From Gammaproteobacteria bacterium (GTDB lineage: Bacteria > Pseudomonadota > Gammaproteobacteria > Natronospirales > REEB76), in assembly GCA_035691665.1 (NCBI GenBank), contig DASSIS010000064.1, positions 73 to 64,072 on the forward strand: a stretch of DNA of 64,000 bases, given 5' to 3'. The position numbers were made by a program, and so were the translations under genes. Positions within the stretch are counted from its first letter, which is position 1; each line of letters starts with the position of its first letter. The notes below the pieces were generated by a model. That model ran no database searches and was not told the DNA's origin. It saw only the letters and a program-made list of their open reading frames with translations. Of this stretch, positions 54,189-64,000 are shown one piece after another.

Positions 54189-55091
54189 ATGGGCGCGACG
54201 GCGGAACGCTTGGCGGCGGAGGATGGGGCAGAACGGCTCGCCGCCTGGTGCCGCGGCCGGCGGCGCCTGCTGGTGATCACCGGCGCCGGCTGCAGCACCG
54301 AGTCCGGCATCCCCGATTACCGCGACGCGAGCGGTGCCTGGAAGCGCCGGCCCCCGGTGCAGATGCGCGACTTCCTCATGAGCGAGGCGGTGCGCAAGCG
54401 TTACTGGGCGCGCAGCCTCCTGGGCTGGCGGCATTTCTCCAAGGCGCGGCCCAACGCCGCGCACCAGGCCCTGGCCCGGCTCGAGGCTGTCGGCGGCATC
54501 GCCCATCTCATCACCCAGAACGTGGATGGGCTGCACCAACAGGCGGGCAGCCGCCGGGTCACGGACCTTCACGGCCGCCTGGACGAGGTGCTGTGCCTGC
54601 GCTGCGGCGCACGGCAACCGCGCGCCGCGTTCCAGCTGGAACTGGAAGCCCATAACCCCGGGTGGAGCCGCTTGAGCGCCGGACACGCGCCGGACGGCGA
54701 CGCGGACCTGGAGGCCATGGATTTCTCCGGCTTCGCGGTGCCCGCCTGCGCGACCTGTGGCGGCATCCTGAAGCCTGACGTGGTGTTCTTCGGCGATGCG
54801 ATCCCGGCGGAGCGCAGCCGCGCCGCGCTCGAGGAAGCGGAGGCAGCGGACGCACTGCTGGTGGTGGGCTCTTCGCTCATGGTCTGGTCCGGCTTCCGTC
54901 TGGCACGGGCGGTGGCGGAGCGGGGCCGGCCCGTGGCCGCCTTGAACCTCGGCGCCACCCGCGCCGACTCACTGCTGGATCTCAAGGTGACGGCGCCCTG
55001 CGGCGCCACCCTCGCGGAGCTGCTCAGATTGCTGGTCCCCGATACGTCGCCCGATGGGCTCATGGCAAACGCTCCCTTGCCGCGCCGTTAG
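54189..55091 (+). CDS. NAD-dependent protein deacylase, Sir2 family (class II / SIRT4-like)
   Basis: GAGCSTESGIPDYRD, QNVDGLH and the catalytic DLHG. Zn ribbon is CLRC...CATCGG, followed by VVGSSL. 300 aa. Confidence 0.92.
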   Translation: MGATAERLAAEDGAERLAAWCRGRRRLLVITGAGCSTESGIPDYRDASGAWKRRPPVQMRDFLMSEAVRKRYWARSLLGWRHFSKARPNAAHQALARLEAVGGIAHLITQNVDGLHQQAGSRRVTDLHGRLDEVLCLRCGARQPRAAFQLELEAHNPGWSRLSAGHAPDGDADLEAMDFSGFAVPACATCGGILKPDVVFFGDAIPAERSRAALEEAEAADALLVVGSSLMVWSGFRLARAVAERGRPVAALNLGATRADSLLDLKVTAPCGATLAELLRLLVPDTSPDGLMANAPLPRR

Positions 55092-55231
55092 AAGGCGTGC
55101 AGCTACGCCGCTGTCGAATCCCGGCGGCACTCCGGTATGCTAGCCCCCATAAAGGCGTGCACCCTTGGAATGCGGCGCCAGGACAGGGATATCTCGTGAC
55201 GGGGATCAGTAATGCCGCGCCGGTGCTGTAA

Positions 55232-56920
55232 GTGAAGACGCGGGCGAAGGGGTTCTTGTGTCTGCTGGCCTTGGCGGCGTCCGCCGGCTGCATGCCCGTG
55301 GCCCGGGCGGCAGATGCACTCGATGCCTGCCCCGCGGGCGAGACCGGCCAGCCCGAGCGCTGGGAGGGTGAGCACGCCTGGCAAGCGATCGCGACCCAGG
55401 GTTACCGCATCGGCAAGATCAAGATCGTGGTGGACAACGTCTTCGACCTCAACGACCCGGTCGAAGACACCTGGTACGCGCGCACCGCCGACGTCCTGCA
55501 CATCAGCACCCTGCCCGGGGTGATCCGCGACGAGCTGCTCATCGCGCCGGGTCAGGCCGTGGACGCGCGCGTGGTGTACGAGAGCGAGCGTCGGCTGCGG
55601 GCACTCTCCTTCCTGCGCTACGCCATGCTCACGCCCGTCGCCTGCCGAGATGGGGTGGTGGACGTGGAAGCCCACGTCGAGGACGCTTGGACCCTGAAGT
55701 TCAACCTGAGCTTCGCCCACGTGGGCGGACAGAGCACCTTCAACGCCTCGTTCGAGGACGTGGACTTCCTCGGCACCGGCAAGACCCTCGCCGTGGGCCA
55801 CGATACCGATACCCAGCGCACCAGCAACCAGGTCACCTACGTGGACCCGGCGCTGTTCGGGAGCCGCTGGCAGCTCGGCGCCACTTACGCGCATCTCTCG
55901 GACGGTTCGCAGCGTTCCTTGAACCTGGGCCAGCCTTTCTACGAGGATGAGACGCCCTGGTCCCTCAACCTGCAGTACCTGGACCAGGAGCAGGATCTCA
56001 ACTTCTACGACCACGCCAACCTCGCCTGGCGCGCCGAGGATATCCAGCACTTCGATGAACTGGATTGGATGCAACTCCTGCACTGGGGCGACCGGGCCGG
56101 CACCCGCGCGGGCGTGAGCTATCTCTACGAGGATTTCAACTACGGGCCGCTGCAGAGCTTCCCCGAGACCTCGCTGCCCGAGCCCTCGCTCGTGGCGCGG
56201 CGCTTCGCCGGGCCGGCGCTCACCTGGGAATATTTCCAGGACCGCTACGCCAGCTTCACCGACCTCGCGCTCATCGGCCGTGCCGAGGACTATGACCTCG
56301 GCTGGGACACCCATGCCCAGTTGGGCTACTTCGGCAAGGATTTCGGCAGCCGCACGTCCGCCTGGTTCTACTCGCTCAGCAGCAACTACGGGCTCGACGT
56401 GCACGGCGACACCCTGATGCTCGCCAGCGGTGGGGTCTCCGGGCGGCGCCAGGGCGGGTTGGATCGCGGCGTGCAGGGCAACCTCGCCTTCACCCTCTAC
56501 AACCAGTCCTTCGGCACCCAGACCCTGGTGCTGCACGGCACCGCGGATTTCAGTATCCGGCCTGACGCCGAGTACGCGCTCTACCTCGGCGGCCTGCAGG
56601 GCATGCCCGGCTATCCCAACTATTACCTGATCGGCGACCGGCGCTGGCAGCTGACCGCGGCGGACCGGGTGCTCACCCAGACGCGGCTCCTCAACACCTT
56701 CCAGGTGGGCTTCTCGGTATACGCGGATGCGGGACAGGTGCGGCAGTTCGAGACCAACGATTGGAGCCGCACCCTGGCGGATGCGGGCATCGCGCTGCGT
56801 CTCGGGGATATCCGCAGCGCCTACGGCGGTGTGATCTACGTGACCTTCGCCTGGCCGCTGGTGAAGCTGCCCGGGGCCGACCAGCGCCAGTTCGTGATCG
56901 GCAACATCGTCACGTTCTGA
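55232..56920 (+). CDS. Omp85-superfamily outer-membrane protein with a single POTRA-like domain
   Basis: GTG start and a signal/lipobox-like LLALAASAGC. IGKIKIVVDNVFD...LLIAPGQAVD is the POTRA-like region. Long beta-barrel ending ...FVIGNIVTF. Confidence 0.85.
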   Translation: MKTRAKGFLCLLALAASAGCMPVARAADALDACPAGETGQPERWEGEHAWQAIATQGYRIGKIKIVVDNVFDLNDPVEDTWYARTADVLHISTLPGVIRDELLIAPGQAVDARVVYESERRLRALSFLRYAMLTPVACRDGVVDVEAHVEDAWTLKFNLSFAHVGGQSTFNASFEDVDFLGTGKTLAVGHDTDTQRTSNQVTYVDPALFGSRWQLGATYAHLSDGSQRSLNLGQPFYEDETPWSLNLQYLDQEQDLNFYDHANLAWRAEDIQHFDELDWMQLLHWGDRAGTRAGVSYLYEDFNYGPLQSFPETSLPEPSLVARRFAGPALTWEYFQDRYASFTDLALIGRAEDYDLGWDTHAQLGYFGKDFGSRTSAWFYSLSSNYGLDVHGDTLMLASGGVSGRRQGGLDRGVQGNLAFTLYNQSFGTQTLVLHGTADFSIRPDAEYALYLGGLQGMPGYPNYYLIGDRRWQLTAADRVLTQTRLLNTFQVGFSVYADAGQVRQFETNDWSRTLADAGIALRLGDIRSAYGGVIYVTFAWPLVKLPGADQRQFVIGNIVTF

Positions 56921-56983
56921 AGCACGGCAGAAATCATGAGTGAGGCTCGTCCCCGAGCACCATGTGCGCGTGCGATACAGGGG

Positions 56984-57160
56984 TTCGCGGCACAGCCGCG
57001 AACGCTCGTACAGGGTTTGAAGCGCAGCTTCAAACGGGCATACAAGGAGGTATGCCCAGGCTCGCAAGCGGAGCTGGATGCGGAGCGTAGCGATACGGCT
57101 GGGCTGTGAGCGGAGCAGGGTTCGCGGTACTACCGCGAACGCCTGCACAGGACGTGCAGG
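56984..57160. repeat. REP/BIME-like array of five perfect hairpins in a convergent intergenic region
   Basis: TTCGCGG-CACAG-CCGCGAA (56984..57002). GTTTGAAGC-GCA-GCTTCAAAC (57015..57035). GGGCATAC-AAGGAG-GTATGCCC (57036..57057). TTCGCGG-TACTA-CCGCGAA (57121..57139). CCTGCAC-AGGAC-GTGCAGG (57142..57160). Confidence 0.55.
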
Positions 57161-57225
57161 CTGGACTGGTTTGCGGAGCAGGAGGCGAAGCAAAGCAGCA
57201 GAGCGAACAGTATCGCCGCTGTACG

Positions 57226-59883
57226 TCAGGGATGCGGCTCGTCTCCAAGCACCACGTGAGCGAGCGCATCCATGTCCTCGGCCCGGCCGATCAGGGACGC
57301 GGGCAAGGCGGGGAAGGCGCTCACCAGGGAGACCAGCACCGCGGCGAAGTAAGGCACGGACTGGATCAGCAGCACCACCGCCCACACACTCTGGTCCCGC
57401 ATCACCGCCGAGATGCCCTGGTCGCGTAGCACCTGCGCCGCGGCGTAATAGGAACCGAAGGCCGCCAGCCACAGGCTCAGCATTATCAAGGCCTCCTCCC
57501 GGCAGTCCGCCAGGGCCTGCAGCAGCGCGTGGGCATGCACCCGCTTGGGGGTGCGGAAGAAGGGCTGGTCGCGGGTGAAGAGGCCGGCGAGCACCGCCCG
57601 GCCGATGGTGTGGCTCAGGGCGAGACCGGCGAAGGCCGCCGCCAGGGTCTGGCGCGGCGTGGCGCCCACCCGGGTGCTGTAGAGGTGCAGGAGCTTGGCG
57701 ATCTTGAAGGCGAAGAGCGCCAGCGGCAGCGCCGAGAAGATCATCAGCGGTGGATCGATGCTGTGGGGGAAGAGCATCATCCCCAAGGACCAGAATATGG
57801 CGGCGGTGTTGAACACCAGGTTGAAGCCGTCCGAGAGCCAGGGCAGCCAACCGGCCAGGAAGTGGTAGCGCTGGCCGAGGCTCAGCCGGCCGCGCCCGCC
57901 GAAGAGAGTGCCGGCGTGGCGCTTGAGGATCTGCACCGCGCCGTAGGCCCAGCGGTAGCGCTGCTTCTTGTAGTCCAGCAGGGTGTCGGGCATGAGCCCG
58001 GCACCGTAGCTGCGCGGGATGTAGGCGGCGTCCATCCCCGCCTCGAACACCCTTAGACCCAGTTCCGCATCCTCGGTGATGCACCACTCGGCCCAACCGC
58101 CCACCTCCTGCAGGCCGGAGCGCCGTATCAGCGTCATGGTGCCGTGCTGGATGATGGCGTTGCGCTCGTTGCGGGTGATCATGCCGATGTAGAAGAAGCC
58201 GCGATATTCCGCGTGGCACATGGCCTTGAAGGCGTTCTCGTCGGCGTCGCGATAGTCCTGGGGTGCCTGCACCACGCCCATGCGGGGTTCCGCGAACAGC
58301 GGCGCCAGGTCCTTGAGCCAGCGGCGCTCCACCACGTAGTCGCTGTCGATCACTGCGATGATCTTGGCCTCAAGCGCGGTCTCCTTGAGGGCGAAGTTGA
58401 GCGCGCCCGCCTTGAAACCCGCGAGCGGCGCCACGTGGAAGAAGCGGAAGCGGGGGCCGAGCTTCCGGCAGTGGGCTTGCACCGGCTGCCACACCGCTTC
58501 GTCCTGGGTGTTGTTGTCGATGACCAGCACCTCGAAGCGCGGGTAATCGAGCCGCGCCAGGGCCTCCAGCGTCTCGATCACCATGGCCGGCGGTTCGTCG
58601 TAGGCCGGCACGTGCACCGAGACCATGGGCAGGTCCTCGTCGGCGATCTGCACGGGATCGAAGGCGCGCCGCCGCACGGTGACCCAATGAGCCTCGGCCC
58701 ATTCATGGGCTTCCGCCATCAGCACCAGGATGACGCCCACCATGCCGGTGAACAGGAACAGACCCACCGTCACGTTGGTGACCGAGAGGTACTGCTGGCT
58801 GTAGTCATAGACCACCCACACCATGGTGGTGGAGGCGGCGTAGGCGATCACCGCGAGGAAGCTGCGGCCGCGCTTCTTGAGGGTGTGGCTGCGGCCATAG
58901 ATGAGGATCAGTATCAGGGCCGCGAGCAGCACCGACGCCGCGGCGAGCAGCGGCCACATGGGGATGCGCACGATGGGGCTGCGCAACGGGAACTTCTGGT
59001 TGCGCTCCACGTCCCACACGCCCCAGTAGGCCCCCACTGCGCCTTCCGTCTGCTCCTTCCAGGGCTGGTCGAAGGCCTCCATCACGCGCGAGGTCCACTG
59101 CCGCTCCTCGGCCCGGGCCAGGAAGCGGCGCAGGAACATGGCCTCGTTGGCCGGGGAGGCGACGGCGGAGCCGCGGGTTCGGCCGTAGCTCGGCCAGCCC
59201 ACCTCGTCGATGATGATGGGTTTGTCGGGATAGGCACGCTCCAGGTCGTGCATGCGTTCGTCGATGTAGTCCACCGCCTGGTCCACGTCCACGCCTTCCC
59301 AGTAGGGCAGCATGTGCACACCCATGAAGTCCACGTGCTTCACGAGCTCGGGATGCAGCATCCAGGTGTTCCAGGTCTCGGCGGTGCCGACCCACTGGCG
59401 CACCGAGCCGCGCACGTGGTCGAGGTAGGCGATGAGCCGGTCCTCGGGCAGGATGCCGGTGAGCAGCACTTCGTTGCCCACCATCACCTGCTTCACATCC
59501 GGGTTGCTGCGGGCGATCTCTATGAGGCGCTCGACCTCGGCGTCGCTCTTCGGCTTGTCGCCGTCCACCCAGGCGCCGAGCATCACCTCGAGGTCGTAGG
59601 GCGCCGCCAGGCGCGGGATGTCGCCGAGGGTGCCTTCCACGGTGTAGGTGCGGATGGAGTCGGTCTTGCCCGAGAGCAGCTTGAGGTCGGACTCGATCTC
59701 CGCGTCCGTGGGCAGCCGGTGCGCGACGGCGTCCTCGCCGAGGCGGAAGGGGGAGAAGGCGAAACCTTGGATGCGGGCCGGCCACGGCGGCTCCTGGTCG
59801 GGCCGGTTGAAGTAGGCCCAAGCCCCCACCGTGAGCGCGGCGATAGCCGCGAGGATGACGATGCTCGAGGTGCGCGAAGTCAC
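57226..59883 (-). CDS. ndvB: Bifunctional GH17 glucanosyltransferase / GT2 processive beta-glucan synthase (NdvB-like cyclic beta-1,3-glucan synthase)
   Basis: N-terminal TM, then a GH17 domain (VMVGNEVL, IIDEVGWPS catalytic Glu motifs). TM helices follow, then GT2 with VIDNN, DSDY, TED and QRYRW. At 885 aa it has the same order and size as I recall for Pseudomonas NdvB. Confidence 0.85.
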   Translation of the reverse strand: MTSRTSSIVILAAIAALTVGAWAYFNRPDQEPPWPARIQGFAFSPFRLGEDAVAHRLPTDAEIESDLKLLSGKTDSIRTYTVEGTLGDIPRLAAPYDLEVMLGAWVDGDKPKSDAEVERLIEIARSNPDVKQVMVGNEVLLTGILPEDRLIAYLDHVRGSVRQWVGTAETWNTWMLHPELVKHVDFMGVHMLPYWEGVDVDQAVDYIDERMHDLERAYPDKPIIIDEVGWPSYGRTRGSAVASPANEAMFLRRFLARAEERQWTSRVMEAFDQPWKEQTEGAVGAYWGVWDVERNQKFPLRSPIVRIPMWPLLAAASVLLAALILILIYGRSHTLKKRGRSFLAVIAYAASTTMVWVVYDYSQQYLSVTNVTVGLFLFTGMVGVILVLMAEAHEWAEAHWVTVRRRAFDPVQIADEDLPMVSVHVPAYDEPPAMVIETLEALARLDYPRFEVLVIDNNTQDEAVWQPVQAHCRKLGPRFRFFHVAPLAGFKAGALNFALKETALEAKIIAVIDSDYVVERRWLKDLAPLFAEPRMGVVQAPQDYRDADENAFKAMCHAEYRGFFYIGMITRNERNAIIQHGTMTLIRRSGLQEVGGWAEWCITEDAELGLRVFEAGMDAAYIPRSYGAGLMPDTLLDYKKQRYRWAYGAVQILKRHAGTLFGGRGRLSLGQRYHFLAGWLPWLSDGFNLVFNTAAIFWSLGMMLFPHSIDPPLMIFSALPLALFAFKIAKLLHLYSTRVGATPRQTLAAAFAGLALSHTIGRAVLAGLFTRDQPFFRTPKRVHAHALLQALADCREEALIMLSLWLAAFGSYYAAAQVLRDQGISAVMRDQSVWAVVLLIQSVPYFAAVLVSLVSAFPALPASLIGRAEDMDALAHVVLGDEPHP

Positions 59884-59892
59884 GGGCGGCCC

Positions 59893-62423
<2,531 letters not shown>

Positions 62424-62427
<4 letters not shown>

Positions 62428-63113
62428 GGTACCAAGGCAAACAACTCCACGTCCTGCTCGCCGGCGAGTACGTGCTCGGTCTGATGACCGGCGCGGCGCG
62501 CCGCCGTTTCGAGCGCCTGCTCATGCAGAGCGCGGAGCTGCGCACAGAGCTCACGCTCTGGGAAGAGCGCTTCGCCGCCTGGAGCTTGAGGCTCGCGCCG
62601 GTGGAGCCGCCTGCGCACCTGTGGTGGCGCATCCTCGGGCGGGTGCGCGCCGAGAGCAAGCCGCGCGGCGTTGAGCTCCGCAACAGCTTCTGGCGCGCCT
62701 GGGCGGTGGCCGCCACCGTGGTGTTGGCGCTGCTCGTGGTCATGCAGCGCATCACGCCCCCCGCCGAGCAGAAGCCTGCCGAGTTCGCCCTGGTGTCCGA
62801 TGCCAAGGGTCAGCCCCTGTGGGTGATCAGCGTGCACCCTGAGGCCAGGCGCATCGACATGAAGGCGGTGGCCGACAACACCCCGCCCGCGGGCAAGTCC
62901 TATGAGCTGTGGATGCTGCCCGGGAGCGGCAACCCGGTGCCCATGGGCCTCATGAACCCCACGGGCTCGGCCAGCGAGACCGTGAGCGCCGAACTGCTGC
63001 AGAAGCTGGCCTCGGCCAAGGGCATCGCCATCTCCGAGGAGCCCCAGGGCGGTTCCCTCACGGGCCTGCCCACAGGCCCGGTGCTCTGGACCGCGGCCCT
63101 GGTCTCCTCCTGA
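62424..63113 (+). CDS. Anti-sigma factor, RskA-like (single TM, periplasmic RskA domain)
   Basis: ATGA overlap with the sigma gene. N-terminal LLAGEYVLGL..., one TM helix (WAVAATVVLALLVV) and a C-terminal KSYELWMLP...PVPMGL. Confidence 0.8.
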
Positions 63114-63121
63114 GCCCGGAT

Positions 63122-63679
63122 ATGGCGGAATCCCGTAATAAACCCGCCCCCGGGGAGGTCTCTGCCCCCATGGGAGCGCACCAGCACCGTTTCGAGATGC
63201 TCGCCCGGGCCCAGGTGCCGGGCCTGTACCGTTACGCCTACTGGCTGTGCCGCGACCGGGCCCTGGCCGAGGATCTGGTGCAGGAGACCCTGCTCAGGGC
63301 CTGGCGCTCCCTGGACTCCCTGCGCGAGGAGGCGGCCGCCCGCCGCTGGCTCATCACCATCCTGCGTAACGAGTTCATGCGCGAGCTTTCGAAGCGCCGC
63401 GACACGGTGGCCATCGATGAGCTGCCCATCGTGGACACCCGCGCCAGCGTCGGCGGGGCGGACACGGACGTGCAGGACGTGCGCCGCGCCATGGCGAAGC
63501 TCGCGCCTGAATACCGCGAACCCCTGGCGCTGCAGGTCATCATGGGCTGCAGCACCCAGGAGATCGCCGAGATGCTGGAGCTCACCCAGGGCACGGTGCT
63601 GACGCGTCTGCACCGGGCACGCAACCAGTTGCGCGAGATGCTGGGGGTGGGCGACAAGTTCGGAGAAGAGTTGGCATGA
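63122..63679 (+). CDS. Second ECF-type sigma factor
   Basis: Region 2 is LYRYAYWLCRDRALAEDLVQETLLRAWRS. Region 4 is ...LQVIMGCSTQEIAEMLELTQGTVLTRLHRARNQL. Start at MAESRNK; the ORF opens at 62909. Confidence 0.9.
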   Translation: MAESRNKPAPGEVSAPMGAHQHRFEMLARAQVPGLYRYAYWLCRDRALAEDLVQETLLRAWRSLDSLREEAAARRWLITILRNEFMRELSKRRDTVAIDELPIVDTRASVGGADTDVQDVRRAMAKLAPEYREPLALQVIMGCSTQEIAEMLELTQGTVLTRLHRARNQLREMLGVGDKFGEELA

Positions 63680-64000
63680 GCAAGGTCGTCACCTGTCTCG
63701 ATGTGCGCCGCCAGGCGGGCGCCGAACCGCGCCGGCTCGAGCCCGGCGTGGTGGAGCACTGCAAGAGCTGCGCGTCTTGCGCGGCCTTCGTGCGCGAACT
63801 CGTGGCGCTGGATGCACGCCTGGAGCGCGCGCTCGCCGTGCCGGTGCCGGAAGGGCTCGAGGCCCGCATCGTGCTCGACGCCACTCTCAAGAACCGTCCG
63901 CGGGTCTGGCGCCCCTGGCTCGCGGCCGCCGCCAGCGCGCTGATGGCGATCGGCCTCGCCACCACCGCCTGGCGCCATCAGCATCCGGTGGGCGGGGACC
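63676..64000 (+). CDS. Anti-sigma factor, DUF3379-like (partial; runs off the window end)
   Basis: ATGA overlap with the sigma gene. My translation is MSKVVTCLDVRRQAGAEPRRLEPGVVEHCKSCASCAAFVRELVALDARLERALAVPVPEGLEARIVL..., with a C/H-rich zinc-binding anti-sigma motif and then a TM helix. It is absent from the ORF track because there is no stop in the window. Confidence 0.75.
   Translation, partial: MSKVVTCLDVRRQAGAEPRRLEPGVVEHCKSCASCAAFVRELVALDARLERALAVPVPEGLEARIVLDATLKNRPRVWRPWLAAAASALMAIGLATTAWRHQHPVGGD

Noticed and set aside
54189-55091. SIR2-domain protein as an antiphage defence effector (Thoeris, DSR or SIR2-HerA type)
   Set aside because: It is a compact 300-aa canonical sirtuin with the full NAD-binding and Zn-ribbon motifs. 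It has no SLOG, TIR, HerA, pAgo or other partner, and its neighbours are housekeeping-like.
55103-58219. 1038-aa minus-strand ORF, the longest of its kind in the track
   Set aside because: It runs antisense to the well-supported Omp85 gene, crosses the hairpin-rich intergenic region and then continues out of frame through the ndvB-like gene. Its translation is Arg/Ala/Gly/Pro-rich low complexity with no motifs. This is a typical shadow ORF of GC-rich DNA.

Overview
Visibly GC-rich chromosomal DNA, roughly two-thirds G+C by eye. It comes from a Gram-negative bacterium, most likely an environmental gammaproteobacterium of Xanthomonadales/Nevskiales type. That placement is an inference from gene content: a very large TonB-dependent receptor, a YfcG-type GST, EmrAB, an NdvB-like glucan synthase and sortilin/BNR proteins. 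I call about 62 protein-coding genes. They are densely packed, and many are translationally coupled through ATGA or GTGA overlaps. I see no rRNA, tRNA, CRISPR array, transposase, integrase or phage gene. Four themes stand out. (1) Many secreted or periplasmic hydrolases: an M1 aminopeptidase, a tannase-family esterase, two amidohydrolases, a beta-lactamase-family serine hydrolase, a sortilin/BNR protein and three Asp-nucleophile alpha/beta hydrolases. (2) Signalling genes: two tandem membrane GAF proteins with no output domain, a duplicated LytS-type kinase/LytTR regulator cluster beside a TonB-dependent receptor, a REC-GAF-histidine kinase, a PilZ protein and two tandem ECF sigma/anti-sigma pairs. 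(3) Transport genes: EmrAB with a TetR repressor and two palindromic operators, plus LysE, EamA, MFS and APC carriers. (4) Housekeeping hemB-aroE in one apparent operon with an NdvB-like GH17-GT2 beta-glucan synthase. No cluster matches a recognised defence, secretion or mobile system. The stretches I would look at again are the output-less PDZ-like/7-9TM/GAF tandem (1385..4997) and the low-GC islet with phased direct repeats in front of the receptor, next to the LytTR regulators (10211..19551). Others are an RHH-like/138-aa two-gene cassette with a perfect 12-2-12 operator (41828..42536) and a displaced duplicate of a gene 3-prime end (36763..36997). The last two are a 140-bp MITE-like inverted-repeat element that supplies a stop codon (51216..51355) and a REP/BIME-like array of five perfect hairpins (56984..57160). 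All functional calls rest on reading motifs in the supplied translations. No database search was possible. Small-element coordinates may be off by 1 nt.
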